A stretch of 57,646 nucleotides of DNA, filler included, from Circinaria calcarea (Eukaryota): NCBI GenBank assembly GCA_051942165.1. It is 3 parts of 3 records of this genome, joined end to end, with 100 filler letters (N's around TTAATTAATTAA, not from the genome) between each part and the next. Parts side by side here need not be neighbours in the genome. Positions count along the whole stretch, not along the records: positions 19,270 to 38,415 come from JAVECS010000215.1; 2 more parts are not named here. One strand, 5' to 3'. Below the pieces are notes generated by a model, which worked only from the letters and a program-made list of their open reading frames with translations, searched no databases and was not told where the DNA came from. Both the position numbers and the translations under genes were made by a program. This document shows positions 24,684 through 38,515 of the stretch, piece after piece. Every line of letters begins with the position of its first letter. Position 1 is the first letter of the stretch.

Positions 24684-27600
24684 CTAGAAACCGCGATAAC
24701 CGGTAGGCTGCGGTGTAATGCCGTTCGTCTGGTGGTACGGCATGGGCGGTGGAGCAGCACCCCCAGGTCCCTGCGTGAGCATGAGCCTCGAACCGCCAAG
24801 GATCGGTGTATTATCCTCCTCCTTCTGCTCCTTGGCCTCCCGCGCCTTTCGCTCATCGTTGTCGCGTTTCAGCGTCTCAATCGTCGAAGCCTGCTGACTC
24901 ATGAAATTGATCATGAAAGGCATCGTGAAGTCTGTCAGCCCGTGCCGCCAAGAGAGTTCCATCACCACATCCAGGCGAATCAGGTCATAACAAGCATAAA
25001 GCATTCCAACGTAGCATTCCCGGCTGCCAATGTCGACAAACTGTGGGATGGGTTAGCAGAGCGGAGGGTCTGGTTGAAGTGTTACTTACGTAGCGAAGCA
25101 GCTCCTCAACAACAACAACATTACTCCTGGCCGACATTGCCGCGGTCTCAATGGCATCCTTGAACAGTTTGTCCTGCTTTGAGAGAGCAATTGATTTCTC
25201 CCAGCGCTTATTCTTCCGGTATATGTTGGCTGCAATCTGGCGGAAGAAAACCAGTTCGTGCTGCTCAAGTCGCTGGGCTAGTTCCACAGGATCGTAGTTG
25301 TCGTAGTTCTCCACCGAATCCCGTAGTGTCTTGTAGTCCTCTTCTTCGATGAGGAGGTCGTTAATGGCGTTGTTCACAGACTTCTTATTCTGCGCCTGGA
25401 CATTGAGTAAGAAAGGTTTAATAAGCGGAATGTTGTCCGACTTCTCGAACATCCGAACGACTCGGTTAACATCGATGCGAGGCGTAAGAGCCTGAAGGAG
25501 GTCGGTGAGCAGCGACGGTTGTTCTTGAAGGTAGAAGTTCAACGCACGATAGTAAATTTCGAGATTCGCAACTTTGACAACGATGTCCTTGAATGAGTGA
25601 TGCTCCCAGGCGTCAGCAGCCCGCTCCATCATGGCCAGGGCAGCATTATCAAACTCGTCGTAGTGACAATAAAGGAAGACAAGTTCTGGCCATAAATGGG
25701 CTTCCTCGCAGGCGCGAATCAATTTTGGGATGTTGATACGGCCCCAGAAGAGCTTAATGTGCTCCATCACGCGTTCTGGGCGGTATTTCGACAGAGCAAT
25801 ACCAAGCTCGGAAAACATGCCCATATGTGCTCGCTCAAGGCCCAAGCCAGCTTCGAGAAGGGTAATCAGCTCGTCAAAGTACCCGTTGCGCTCATACAGT
25901 CGGACCAAATCCTGTAGCTCCTCTGCATGAACAATAAGATTGAGGCCGCATATTTGGGCTAGGCGAAATTCTTTCTTCGCCACACACGCTTCGTTGACTT
26001 GCTTCCACACCTTGACACTGTTGGCTTTTCGCGCACATTCAACAGCAGCCTGGTATTCCTCAAGGTGGACAAGAGTAGTGGCAAGTTTGGCCCAGTTCGA
26101 GATACTTGTGAAGAAAATTTTCGCTGCTTGGTGATAGCCTTCCTCATATGCTTTGTCACCGGATGTCTCAATATCGGCGACGTTCGACGAGTGGAGAAAG
26201 TCTTCAAGCTCACTAAGCTGGTTAGTCCTTGCATAGCAGAATGCAAGGGCGGTATCGATGGCAGGTTCCCGCTGGGTCTTCCTCGCCATCCTAAGGTACT
26301 TGATGAGGTCTTCATCTTTGCCGGCATGTGTCGCGATATCGATAATCTCGTTATAATTGCTGGGGTCTTGCGCACGAATGTACGACTCGATGGAATCGCT
26401 AACCCGAAGTCCGTCAAGTTGCGCTTTGGCGACTTTACTCCATACTTCTGGTAGCTCAACACGCTCAGCGTACTCCTGTGCACGGTCAATGCTAACGATA
26501 TGGTCAACAAGCACATTAGTGGCTGCGATATGGTCATCTTGTTTCTTGTAGATTTCGAAGGCCTCTTCGAACAGGCCAACGGAGATACACATGTTTGCAA
26601 TCTCCTCTGCATTGTAAGCGGATAGCTGGTGAATGTAGTCCATAAGACGACCTTTGTCGGCCTTGGCGGCGGTGAGCATGAGAAGGTTGTGGAGACTTCC
26701 ATTATCACTGAACGGCGAAGGCTCAAGAATGATCTTCTCAAGTAGTTCAATGAGCTCCGCGGGTAGATCAGCATCCAAGAAAGCCTTTACAGCCACTGAT
26801 ACCTTTTCAGGCTCCGTAGATTCAGGAACTGCCGTAGCAATCACCTGATCAATCAAGGAACGTCTATGAACGTTGTTCCCGTTCAGAACAAACCCCCAGA
26901 TTTCAAGATCAGCACGCTCTAGCAGGTAGCGGGCTTGAGCCTTGTACATCGAGTTTTCATTCGTGATGTTGATGAGCTCCAGATCGTTCTGGCCTTTTCG
27001 ATATGCCGTGTACGCAAGGTTGGGATCGCGCTTTTCACAATACTTCCCGACCGTGAGAGTATCATACTGGTCATTTTCTTTCAGGAACTTCTCGGGATTG
27101 TTGTTACTGTCAATGTATATTTTGGCAAGCGCGTTGTATACAGCTTGCTGTTGATTACCACTGGCGAGCGTAGCTTCTAGGAACGGCAACAACAATTTCA
27201 ACCGATTTCGCGACTCGACCTCGGCCACAAGCTCGTCAATCGGTATGGAGGCAGGATTGACCGATTGCAACAGACCCTTGATAATGGATTCGTCACAATC
27301 AACGTCAAGTAGACCACCGATCACTGCAGGAGTTCTTGTCGGATTGACCTGTTGAACGTAAATCTCAATCGACTTGAACTGTTGGCTCTGGTACAAGTAT
27401 AGAACCAGGTCATGGATGAAGTTGAAGCGGTCGCAGACAATGATAAGAGGTAGCTGCTCGGTAAGTCGAGCCTCTTTAAGGAAGTTTTTGACTTTCTCTG
27501 GATTATAGTAGTTGCTATCTCGACAAATCCGCTGAACTTCCGTGAACTGACTCATCTTTGTGGCGGCCTCAATGTACTTGAAATGTACATCAGGATCTTC

Positions 27601-30041
27601 GCTAAGATTGACGATGCTACCGAGGTAGTAGTACAGCCCTTCGGCCGTTCGGTATTTTTCAAGGAGATCAATAATCCTGGATGGTCCTAGTAGATCGGAA
27701 TATTTTGTCGCGATTTGGATGACGGCTTGCAAATTCTGCCGGATGTTGACTTTCAGCATTTCATTCAGGCAATCGAGAGATTGTTCCAACGATAACCGAC
27801 CAAAGTAGCTAACCAACCACTCCAGATTCAACATGTCTGTCTTAACGATAATACGCTTGATCATGCTCGGGTCATCCGTGTTTTCCAGTGCACGCTGATA
27901 CAGCTGGGCGTTCTCGCAAAGCTGCGCGATTCTTGCCTTGTCATAGTATGAAAACATCTCATTTCCTAAGATGGCGTCTGCAACCTGAGGAGCATTGACT
28001 AAGTTCATCTCGAGCAAACGTGTTTGCAGGTGCGCCTGATCAGGCTGATTGTCCTTTAGTGCGTCGAGCAGGAAAGCTGTTGCCTGTTGAATCATGTTTT
28101 GAGACTGGAATACGTCCACCACACGCTCGATATCGACCAGCGGCCCACCCTCCGTGTTAGCTAGAGCTTGCGCAAACTCCGCACCCTTCTCCGGATTGAC
28201 TCTCACAATGTGCTGAAGAAGCTGAGCATAGTCAGGTTGATAACCACTCGTCTTGGTGTAGGGAAGAATTTTGTCAAATTGACCAGTTTCCGCAAACCCT
28301 GCGACAACTTTTGGTGCAATATTTGCTCGTAGGTAGATAGCAAGCGCAAGCTGCACATCATGTGGGCGAGTAATGTCTCCCAGCTCCTCAGAACACTCCA
28401 ATTTGTTTTCCTTTAACCACTTTTCGAGAAGATGTTTTCGATTCTGTGCCAACACAGGCTTTACAAGCTCGATACTCTCTGCGCGGTTCAAAGTCCCCTT
28501 ATCGAGTAAGATTCCGAAGTATTGTAGAATGATTGATAGCTGTCCAGGTTGCTGAGGGATTTGCTTGAATCTCTCTAAAGTCTGAGGTGTTCGCAGAAAG
28601 CCACGAGGTGAGTTTGCAGCAATCTTCGCAGCCTCTTGCCAGTTTTGCTGTGCACACAGCTGCTCAAATTGCTGTTGATACAGGTTATCTGCACCAGGAA
28701 GCCCTGCTCGAGAAGCCAATTTGACCGCAAGAGTCGAATTGGCTGGATTTTGAAGAAGGTAAGGGATGATTGTGCTCTCGTCTACGCTAACAGCTAGAAC
28801 CTGACCCTTTCGATTCACACCAACTATTCCAGCAGAGTCGGAATCGGGAGCGGTCGTGAATATGGTGTCACTCGAAATGCGATTCATGAAGATGCAGGTC
28901 CCGGTCTCGAGATCGTACAAATGAATGAATCCATATTTCGTCACCAGGTATATGATGCTGTATTTCTGCGACACCTGCATAGCCACGGGAAAGTCGTTCA
29001 CCGCTTCCGGTGGAAAGTAGACATCGACGGCTTTCTTCGGAAAGGGAGGATTGCCCTGTTGGTGGTCAATCTCTACGACGTGGAGCTTAGCTCCAACTGC
29101 TGTCCGTACAGCGAACGTGAAGACTCGTGTGTCTGCCGGAGCTCCTTCAAGGTGCAGGGTACCAAAGGCCGCCGCGTGTCCTTCGATGGCCTGACTAATG
29201 CCACGATCGCGCGAGTATAGTTGCATTGCACCAACTACCCGGCCCTGCTGTTGTGATATGCCGACCACTACCATCCACTTGTCGTCTTCGTTGAGGCGGT
29301 AATTGATGATCTGACATCCCTATAACTCGACATATCAGACATGTGTAGACACCGATACTAACCTAACGCTTACATTCAGGTTGGGGTTTCTCTCGAAGAC
29401 TTTCGTGGGCGTTCCTTGATTAGGATCGAAGACATCCCAATGATAAACTGAAGCTTCCGTTACCATACCGATAGTATCCACGCTAACCCATTTCCAGAAG
29501 AGGACGTCCTCATTCATGGTATAAGATTTGAGTTTGAGCTTTTGGCCAAGGTCAAAGATCTGTAGTGTTCTCTGGTTGGCTTTGAGAGCAATGACCTGCT
29601 TATGCCAGTGCATGATGGCACTGTCGGCTTTGATCGGTCTCCTGATGACTTCATTGTTGTTTTTGAGATTGATAATTATGACTTCGGGTTGAGCGTCCTC
29701 GGAAGGTTTTTGGCGAACGCAGATGTATGTATCGGATTCTAAGGTCTGAGTTTGGGTCAGCAAAAGCCCCTTGGCTTTCCTGCTATCGCGCAGCGTGCTG
29801 AACTTACGCATGAGTTGAAACCTATTGCTGACGGCTTTAGTGGTGTTAGCTTTGGCCAGCAGAGTAGGGGTGTGATTTGGCTGCCTTAGGATAGCCATCC
29901 TGCGCAGACGTACAGTTATATCAACCTGGGTCAGCTGCGAGGTACACACTGTCAGCTCCAGCTCAACGTTGCCAAACTTAAATAGAGCACGCAACGGACC
30001 TGAAGTAGCTCAGTAAAACGAATTGGCAAGGCGCTCGCCAT
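24684..30041 (-). CDS. CHC1: Clathrin heavy chain
   Basis: MASALPIRFTELLQ..IGFNSCTLESD..RRPIKADSAIMHW N-terminal propeller, then a 1429-aa ORF of CHC repeats (LGLERAHMGMF, HLWPELVFLY). The C-terminal exon contains DFTMPFMIN. Confidence 0.98.
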
Positions 30042-31926
30042 GATTGCAGTTTTGTCGGACCGTGATCATGGGTTGAGGTGTGGTAACTTGCAAGGGTCCG
30101 GCGAGAGGAAGAGGCAGAGGGTACAACTTCAAATGATCACTAAGTGAGTGGCAGGGAAAAGGAAGGTGAGGTTGAGCTGGTATGGGTTGGTCGTTGGAGA
30201 CTTGGAGTTTATTAAAGAAATCGTAGGTTTTATGCCAATTTGGTCGCTTCGGTCCGCCGGAGTTGCAATGATGGTGGTTGGGGACCTGTTCTTCAAGGAG
30301 ATGCGATGGAGCAGAACATGTAAATGGTAATAGAGATTAAATTCGACTTCAGAGACCATGGTACTTTTTGGCTTCTTTGCTGCCCAACTTGCCTTTAGAG
30401 CAGGCGTGAAGATAATACCGACTTCTCTATCTCTACTAAATGAATGATGACGCTTACGTAGATTCACCAACTTCTCACTAAAGCTCTTATAGCATGGATT
30501 TCAAAAGCTGGATTCTATTTGTGCCTTCTGGGCTACATGTATTCCCTTATAGACACAGCTTTCGGTGAAATCATGTGACCCATGACCGTACTTAGCAAAC
30601 CTCCACTTCTCCAGCCTTAGACTCGATCCGATCTTCGTATGAAACTTGAATTGACAAATGCATAGGTAGCTAACGGTAGCATGAACTCTTCAATTGCTTC
30701 AAAGGGTGATTTTGACTTCAATTCCACACTAAAGACTTTAGCCAGCCAAAAAACAAGCATTGCCGATACAGAGTAACTAACAAGACAACCTTGCTCACCT
30801 ATCACCTATTATTTACATGGAAAGGTTTACATATAGTCACCGACCTCACTGGCCCCGCAGTCCCTCCAACAAACCTTCCTTCACTATTCATAGAAGCTCT
30901 GAAGTGCCTGGTCAGGGCTCTTGGAATCCTTTCTCTCGATTTCCCCCCTCGCTGTCTGTCTGTACAGCGTAGCATTGGAGTTGCTCTGAAGTGGACGTTG
31001 AGAGTCTTATTTCATATAAAATTCCACGCTCGCTCAAAGAACGTGTCCCATAAGAGAACATGCTGGGCGGACAGGTCTGAAAGCTTGGCGACCTCCCGGA
31101 GCCTCTGAAGCTGGCTGCCACTCCTCAACAGATGCTCGAACATTGGACGCGTCTCGGAGAGCGATGTGGCCCGGCAATCCCAAAGCACAATTTCTAAAAC
31201 AACAGTCCACTTTTTAAACCGTCGCTGCTGGTTTCTGGGGTGGATTCAAATCTTCCTAGTTCCCTTGAGGCGAAAGCTGAAACAGATTACCCTGGCGTAC
31301 TTCAAGTAAAAGAATGTAGAGATTAGGGCATCCTAATCAGAGAATATCCGAGAGGTTTCGACGCGAACAACTCCTGAGGGATAGCTCTAATATTCTAGAT
31401 ACTATCAATACTATCAAAGACAGAGGAAATCCAAGCTCCAATCTCGTTTCGCAAATCAGCCAACGATAAGCGGAGACAATGAACTCAGTCACGATAATGT
31501 ACGTGATATGGCTTGTTCAGCAAGATCAATCGATACATACTCCCAAAGTTAATACATACCCACGACTTTTTCCGGCAGTGCCGGCAAATCTGTATTACTA
31601 TCCGAGGTGTCTCCCCGGTCCCGGTCGTCGATCCCAAATTTCACATGCTTTTGCCCTTTTTCATTTTTTGATAAACAGAGGCATTGCCAGCGGGATCATC
31701 GTGTGACCTTTCCCCTCAGTTATTTTGTTCCCATCACCTCTATCCATATTGAGCAACGCTCTCATCCCAAACACAAATTTCCTCTTTCCCATTCGGACCA
31801 TTGAACCTCGACGTATAATCTTCGGATCTATCCTCTGGTGCATGGAACCAACAGCGTGAGGAGAACTCTTAATACACTTGGCTAAATCCATTGACGCTCT
31901 TCTCCAACCATTGAAAACACCCAAAA

Positions 31927-33140
31927 ATGAGTTACGGCCCGCCACTCTTACGTCCTCTACCTCGACGATCCTTCGAAGTCACTCCCGCGTCCACAGAGCC
32001 TTCCTCACCACCTACTCCGGACAATGATAGAAATCAACCAGACTCGCGTGATGGCAGATTCAATGGAGGAATTCCCCCCAGTCGAACGCGTTCGATCCTG
32101 AATTTGACATCCTCTACCCTATTCGGAATCTACTCACCTACCGAGAATGACGGATCCCGTGAAGATATTAATACGCCCTGGGGCACTGGTACCGTAACTC
32201 CCCAGAGCCCACCGACACCAAGTCACCTTCGTACGGGCGTTGACGATCAAAGGCCCTTGGTAACGGGAATTCAAAAGCAACAATGGCCACAGAAGACACA
32301 GTCGCGTGGGCATAAAAATATCACAGAGACTATTGCTACGGCAGCATCGAGGACGGCGTTGCTATTCATCTTTGGTGTGGCTTATGGTGTAATAGTTACG
32401 CATCTACATGACGATCAGCGGTTGGCACCGGTGAAAGTTGAGGGGATCGATCGTTTTTCCTGGCGGTATTTGATATTCTGGGGGATTGCAGGCGTCGGCC
32501 TGGGAACTTTACTGCCTTGGGTTGATGTGCGTTGGGAGAAGGCTTTGGGAGACGATGACTTTGATGGTCTGGAAGAGTTACCAACGGAAGATCTGGGACC
32601 TTCAGAGTCAAAAGATGAGGACGAAGTCACACCTTCCTCGAGGGCCGAAAGCGGCTTGGGAGCAGACTGGAATCCGGTTGTTCGCAGTATTGGGGCTTTT
32701 GTTGGGATTGCTTTTGCTATCGTAAGTCAACCCATCGAGCTCCTCCCGATCATATCTGACATTGGGTGCAGCGGAGGCTCCCGTGGCAGTCTACGTTACA
32801 GGTGTCTCTGACCTTAGCACTTGTTAACCCCGTGCTGTGGTACCTCATCGATCGCTCGAAGCCAGGTTTCATCCTCTCTGCCGTTGTTGGCGTTACCGGG
32901 ACCGCCCTTCTGCTTGGAGTTAATCCGGACATGGTACCTCCACCAGCCACACCTTCACCCAAGGCTAATGCTCCCAACATATCGTATGAGATGGTGGTAG
33001 CTGACGGACTGATCTCGAATGAAAGTATCGGAGTATCGACATGGATTGCCAGCGTTTTGTTTTGCAGTTGCGTATGTTTCGGAAACATAGGGCGACGGCT
33101 TGCTCTGGGAAAGCTTGGAAGGCGGAAAAGTATATCGTAG
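31927..33140 (+). CDS. INSIG-family ER membrane protein (Nsg1/Nsg2/InsA-like)
   Basis: SRTRSILNLTSSTLFGIY, LFIFGVAYG, WGIAGVGLGTLLPWVD, WNPVVRSIGAFVGIAFAI|RRLPWQSTLQ and WIASVLFCSCVCFGNIGRRL. Intron at 32722-32771. Confidence 0.92.
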
Positions 33141-34011
33141 GACTCCTTATTATAAATCACCACCACCCAGCTTGCATTGAAGCTATACCTTGCAGCGTCA
33201 GATCAGTTGTAGAACGTATGTTTATTGTACCGCAAACATTTGACTATTTTATTATGCGAGTGTTGAATGTCCACGGCCCAGCAAAAGAAAAACCAGCAAC
33301 TCTAACCCAAGTTCCGATACTAGAAGAATGCCCTCCCAGCTCAACCTTTACTGCAACCGCCCCTTCTCCAGAAAGAAAAGAACTAAACTATTATTATTTA
33401 AAAAGGAAAGGGCAACGATTATCATGTACAGCCAATCACTGCGACCCTCCCGACCCACATTCCCAAATTCCTCCCCTTCCAATCCATCCCAGTCAACAAG
33501 CTGACAGAACGAGAAAAAAAGGGAAAGAAAAGGGAACTCCAAGAAGGAGCGCCGCACCCAAGATCCGCTGCGAAAAAAGTGTTTTTCAATTCTCCCATTC
33601 TCGGACGGACGGTTTCCGCATGCTATGGGTTCTTCTCTGTGAGACACAGGGAGAGAGAGAGACACGGGAAATGCTTTTTGGAGATGGTTGGTTTTTTGCG
33701 TTGTTCGTGAGGAGAAAAGAGAAGAGAAGGAAGAAGGAGAGATGGTTGGTTTTGTGTGGGATGCAGGGGGTTAGGCTAGTTGGGGTTAGCTTGAGCTAAG
33801 GCGGAGGGGATGTCGGGCCGGGGAGCTGGGCGGCCTCAATTGATCATACTACTGTACTCCGTACCTGGTGACATGATAAATAGGCCTGCTAATAATCTGA
33901 CTTGATGTCAATGAACGCGGTAGGCAATTATTGGAAGCCAGCACAGCCAGATGTTGCCAAAAAAAATATTACTCGAGTCGTATAGATAACATGGGCAAAA
34001 ACATCAAAAAC

Positions 34012-34130
34012 ACATACAACAACTGGTATTCGCTGGTGGTCACCCACCCAACTACTAATCAGCCGATCTCAAGCTTATGTATGGCAGAGCGGACGGGATG
34101 CCCAGTGTTCTTGAGTCTATGGTCGTATGT
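34012..34130 (-). rRNA. 5S rRNA: 5S ribosomal RNA (dispersed copy)
   Basis: 119 nt, ACATACGACCATAG...CATCCCGTCCGCTCTGCC...TTAGTAGTTGGGTGGGTGACCACCAGCGAATACCAGTTGTTGTATGT, with complementary termini. A downstream T-run terminator and an upstream TATA-like box are present. Confidence 0.96.
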
Positions 34131-34551
34131 GAAAGTTTCTTGTGTTATTAAATTATATAATTCTAATTACTAAAAGCCGGTTTTGCCCAATCAGCCAAAA
34201 ACAAGCGAAATGTTATGATTGGAGCGCACGGAGAAGACGGCGACTCTTCACTCACACACACCGTATTTCATAGTATCTACATAGTATTTCAGTAACCTAT
34301 ATCAATACATACGTTCCGGTTATAGCGTGCAGCCTGTTGAAGACGTAGCGCCCTCCCTGTATTCCGTAATGCACCTCCTTTCTAGAAAACAGGGACGGGT
34401 TACCAACAAGCCACCAACCGGTAAGCGCTAATGGGATTTGACCTCAGTTCTGCTTATATTGCCCGCCCGAACACTGTGAAGCGCCCTACACTTTCGCCTC
34501 CAGGTGTGATACGTTAATGATTCTTATCAAAGCCTGGCCTGAATTTTCGCT

Positions 34552-35672
34552 ATGGCGTTACCCAGCATAACTTCGGGAGAAAAAGGTATAGTTTTACTAC
34601 CCTAGATGAACCAACCTCCAGAGTTAGATTCACACCCATATTAATAATTTCCCTTAATCGGGGTGATAGACCGTGTCCCCAATGCCGTTGAAATTCTTAG
34701 CAAAGTGTTCGAGGAAGATCCAGGGGTCACGTATATGCTCAACAATTTGAGTGCTGAGAAGCGTCTTGCATATCTTCCTAGCTTCTTTGATGTCCTCTTC
34801 AAGCTAGCGGGCCGGAACCATGCCACGTTCGAAGAGGTAGACGACTGGTCTTGCTGTGCTCTCTTTGTTCCGCCTGGCTATTCAGTCGATAATCCGTTTA
34901 CGTTACCCCCATGGGGAATGGTAGGGATGGTCAACACGCTGGGTATTCGGGGGATGATGGTAAGTGGATATATCTCGTTTCGACTACTACCATTGTCCCG
35001 TCATACACATTGTACCTCTTCAACAAGGAGCATGGCACTCCCTGAATGTTACAGTTTGAGTGACAGCATTTGAACATTGTGCCTCTTCAATGAGAAGTAT
35101 GGCATCCCCTGAGGGTTACAGCTTGAGTGACAGCATTTGAATATTGCATGGTCTTTGTTGTTCGTAGGCGTCTCACTCTAGCACATGGAAGGATGTTGGG
35201 TTCCAATTATATGGCTGATTAAAGCTTTGCTTGTGGCTAATTCTTATCTGTGTCACAGAAAATGCTCTCCGAATTTCATGCTCAAAAGTCTGCTGCCATA
35301 ACTAAAGCCTTGAGAAAAGGCGACAGGTTCTACTATCTCTTCTTCATAGGGACTCGGAAGGACTGCAGGGGTAAAGGTCTGATTCTGAACCAATCACCAC
35401 TTCCCCTTTCGGGCTTCAGCTTATGTACGTCTTCAATTTCAGGTCTTGCATCAGCCTTGGTGAAGCATTACCAGGCGATTGCAACGGGTGACGGGCTGCC
35501 TATATGGCTGGAAGCGAGTACTGAACATAGTCGCAACCTATACACGCGATTAGGCTTCGAAACAGTCCACGAGATGGTGATGGGTAAGGGAAGCGCAGCC
35601 GCTGACGGAACCGCATGCGAAGGTGGCGAGGGGGTGAAGCTCTGGGGTATGATCTGGCGACCAAGTCTTTAA
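34552..35672 (+). CDS. GNAT-family N-acetyltransferase
   Basis: FEEDPGVTYML N-terminus, YYLFFIGTRKDCRGKG(LASALV) acetyl-CoA motif A, PIWLEAST and LYTRLGFE. Three introns. Confidence 0.85.
35009..35142. repeat. Intronic tandem duplication, 2 x 67 bp
   Basis: 35009-35075 versus 35076-35142 are 56/67 identical with no indels. Confidence 0.9.
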
Positions 35673-36676
35673 GTTGTGCATCTCGAGGAAGATGAAGTTT
35701 GAGTTGTACTGGCTCTACGGGAAGACGTAGGCACTCACCAAAGGGTTTTCTACGGCGCCAATGGAATTGGATATGTACCTTATCACGTTCATGGAAGTGC
35801 GGGTTGGTTTCTTTGGGCATAGATTGGAAGAGCAAGCTCTCAACCAATAGACGTCGAGTTGTAAAGGCGTATGCTTGCACGTCGTACGAGTGTCCGGGGG
35901 GGGGGGGCGCTGTTTCGTCTGCATATACCGTACTACGTAGGTAAACCTTCATTTATAATCCTTCGAGGCAGTGCATAACCTTGGCTTGTTTTAGTCTGGC
36001 TTGGCTCCGTCCGGATTGGAGGAAGGCCGTCAACGCCGATATCTCCGTTAACGCATTTCGATATCCCGTTCCTGCAACCTTATTCTTATCTTTTGTGTTT
36101 ACCTTGCCTCGCTTGCCCATGAAGAGCAGGGGGAAACCATACTCTAACTAACTTGAAACCGCCCCCCTATCATTAGCGTTGATCCGCAGGCGCAACACTG
36201 CCCGTAATCGGCGGATTGTGACACGCGTGATCCAGCGGAGCGGGATCTCACTAGCTTGAGATGGGTCTCTTATCATGACGTCCAATAAGAAATCAGCATC
36301 TCCAGTCCAACTTGCTCACGCTCCCATATCATAATGCCGCCGCTCCACCAAAACAATAATGGTGCTAATTTATTGCGACAAGCACACACTTCTCCTCCAA
36401 GTCTAAATTTGTCAACCAATGCCATCCTTAACGGCAACTGTGAAACATGCATGAGATGGATTGCTTCCCTACTAAGCCACAATGGCCGACATTCAACTTT
36501 CTTGAGAGTTTTCCTATATGGTGTGCTCTAAGTCTCGAGGCCTTCTTGCCTCCCGTGCGTTCAATCACTGGGTTTTCTGTTCATGAAGTAGTACTCCGAC
36601 ACATTTCCCGCGCAAGCTATCGACTCGCAAGATAGCAAATATCTCTCTGAAGCCGTGGATCCTGATTCCTTTCACC

Positions 36677-38001
36677 ATGTACTCTGCAGCGTCGACAGCT
36701 CTGGTGATTGTTTGTGTTGTGCTGCCTCTCCTAGATATTATCATCGTAGGCTTGCGCTTCAAGGTTCGGAGAAAAGCGAGAGCCGGGTTTGGCGCCGACG
36801 ACTATATTATCCTGCTTGCTACGGTAACCCTATCCGATCTGTCCATATTCAGCTATGTAATGCTAATCTATGCAGGTCGTGCAAGTTGCATCTGCCGCAA
36901 TGACCATTTACGGCGCCGTGGATGGTGGTTGGGGCGCCAGCACCATATATTTAATCTTTAATCCGGTGGTAGCGGAACGCTATCTAAAGGTAGCTAGCTG
37001 TGTATACAGACATTTGGGGGCTTTTACTGATGGATCAATTGCTTGAAAGCTTCTATTTGCCGGCCTAATACTCTTCCCGACGATTGTGACCATGACCAAA
37101 ATATCAGCTCTTATATTATTCAAAAAAATCTTCCCTGTGAAGGGTTTCTGCAGAGCCTGCAATGTCATGATGGGCTTGAGTGTAGGATGGTTCCTAGCGT
37201 CAGTACTGGTCAGTGACAGGCCCTTTTGTGGAAGGCTTCAGTTTGCTCACCCTTCGAATACAGGCCCACGTGTTTTCGTCAAACCCGATTTCAGAGTACT
37301 GGAACGCTGCAACAGGTGGCATCCAGATCTTTGACTACCCTTCCTTCTTAATTTCCATGGCCGCCATCAACATTGTGCTAGATGTCTCAATTGTGGCCTC
37401 GCCGCTCTTTGTAATCCGAACGCTGCAAATGACGCTCAAGCGGAAAATCTGGGTTTCAGGCATATTTCTGCTAGGGCTGTTGTGAGTTTTCCCAGTCCTA
37501 ACGAAGAGGCGACTAGCTAATAAGAATCATCCAGCTGCATCATCGCTTCCATTGTCCGACTGTATTATTTCGTTTCCATAAGGCAGACACCTAGTCGAGC
37601 GGCCCAAATATGTTTGGACTCCACCTTTTACTTTCGTGACCCATTGTGTTGACATTAGCTCTTTAGACACAAACGCAATTATATGGACTATAACCGAGCC
37701 CTCAACGTCCATCATTGCAGCCTGCCTGCCGATGCTCGCACCTTTACTCCGAAAAAGCGGCAACAAGAAGCCAAGGTTCTCCCTGCGAAATCTTCTCTCG
37801 ATGCTTTCTCTTCGCAGTCTCATTGGCCCAAGAGCCTCTAAGCACGCCAGTAAAAGCGCGTCGAGCAACGAGCAGGACGAAAAGAGAGCAAAGGAAGCCT
37901 GGCAACAACCGAATCCGAATTACTACCATGTCATTGAGATCCACGGGGGGGACGTGGAGAACCAACTTTTGCCGCAGGTTAGAGGAGTACAGACGATTTA
38001 G
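36677..38001 (+). CDS. PTH11-like (fungal rhodopsin domain) 7-TM membrane protein without CFEM
   Basis: VGLRFKVRR..FGADDYIIL, TKISALILFKKIF, INIVLDVSIVASPLFVIRTLQM..KRKI..SGIFLLG, IASIVRL and WTITEPSTSIIAACLP. About 5 introns. Confidence 0.85.
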
Positions 38002-38415
38002 CTATATCATTGCGGGCCCCCGCCACCCGTATATAAATGCCATTCATTACATTGATGTAACGAGCACTTGGAAAAATCGAGTGCGTGGTAGCGAATGAGA
38101 AAGCCCGTTATATGTGTGCATTGGGACACCGCTGCATTAACTGATTGATCAAGTCCGTGAAAGATGGACGATGCTTGAATGTCCATATGTTACCGCCCTC
38201 TTCCCTACCATAGTAAATACATATAGGAGGGTTCATCGGAGCTAGGCTAGCATGGCGGCCCACGAGGTCCGACCACCCGGGGCCTTGTAACGTCCCTGCA
38301 TACAACCCATCTGACGAAACATCACATCAAAACACCCCCAAACGGCAATTTTGGGCCATCTTTCTTTTTGCAATTCGACCATGCTGACTACTTTTCGCCT
38401 CCCCCCCCCCACCTC

Positions 38416-38515
38416 NNNNNNNNNNNNNNNNNNNNNNNNNNNNNNNNNNNNNNNNNNNNTTAATTAATTAANNNNNNNNNNNNNNNNNNNNNNNNNNNNN
38501 NNNNNNNNNNNNNNN
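38416..38515. other. Scaffold gap with artificial spacer
   Basis: N-runs around TTAATTAATTAA, with homopolymer-rich, low-quality-looking flanks. Confidence 0.97.

Noticed and set aside
25107..25121. GTT triplet run giving VVVV in clathrin
   Set aside because: A small in-frame microsatellite slip or assembly error with no functional evidence.
19782..29274. Many antisense and alternate-frame ORFs over PYC and CHC1
   Set aside because: Shadow ORFs caused by the codon bias of long real genes.
33041..33799. 252-aa ORF overlapping the INSIG 3' end
   Set aside because: Low-complexity A/G- and T-rich 3' UTR sequence with no protein-like features.
33931..34173. 80-aa ORF
   Set aside because: It is the antisense reading of the 5S rRNA gene.
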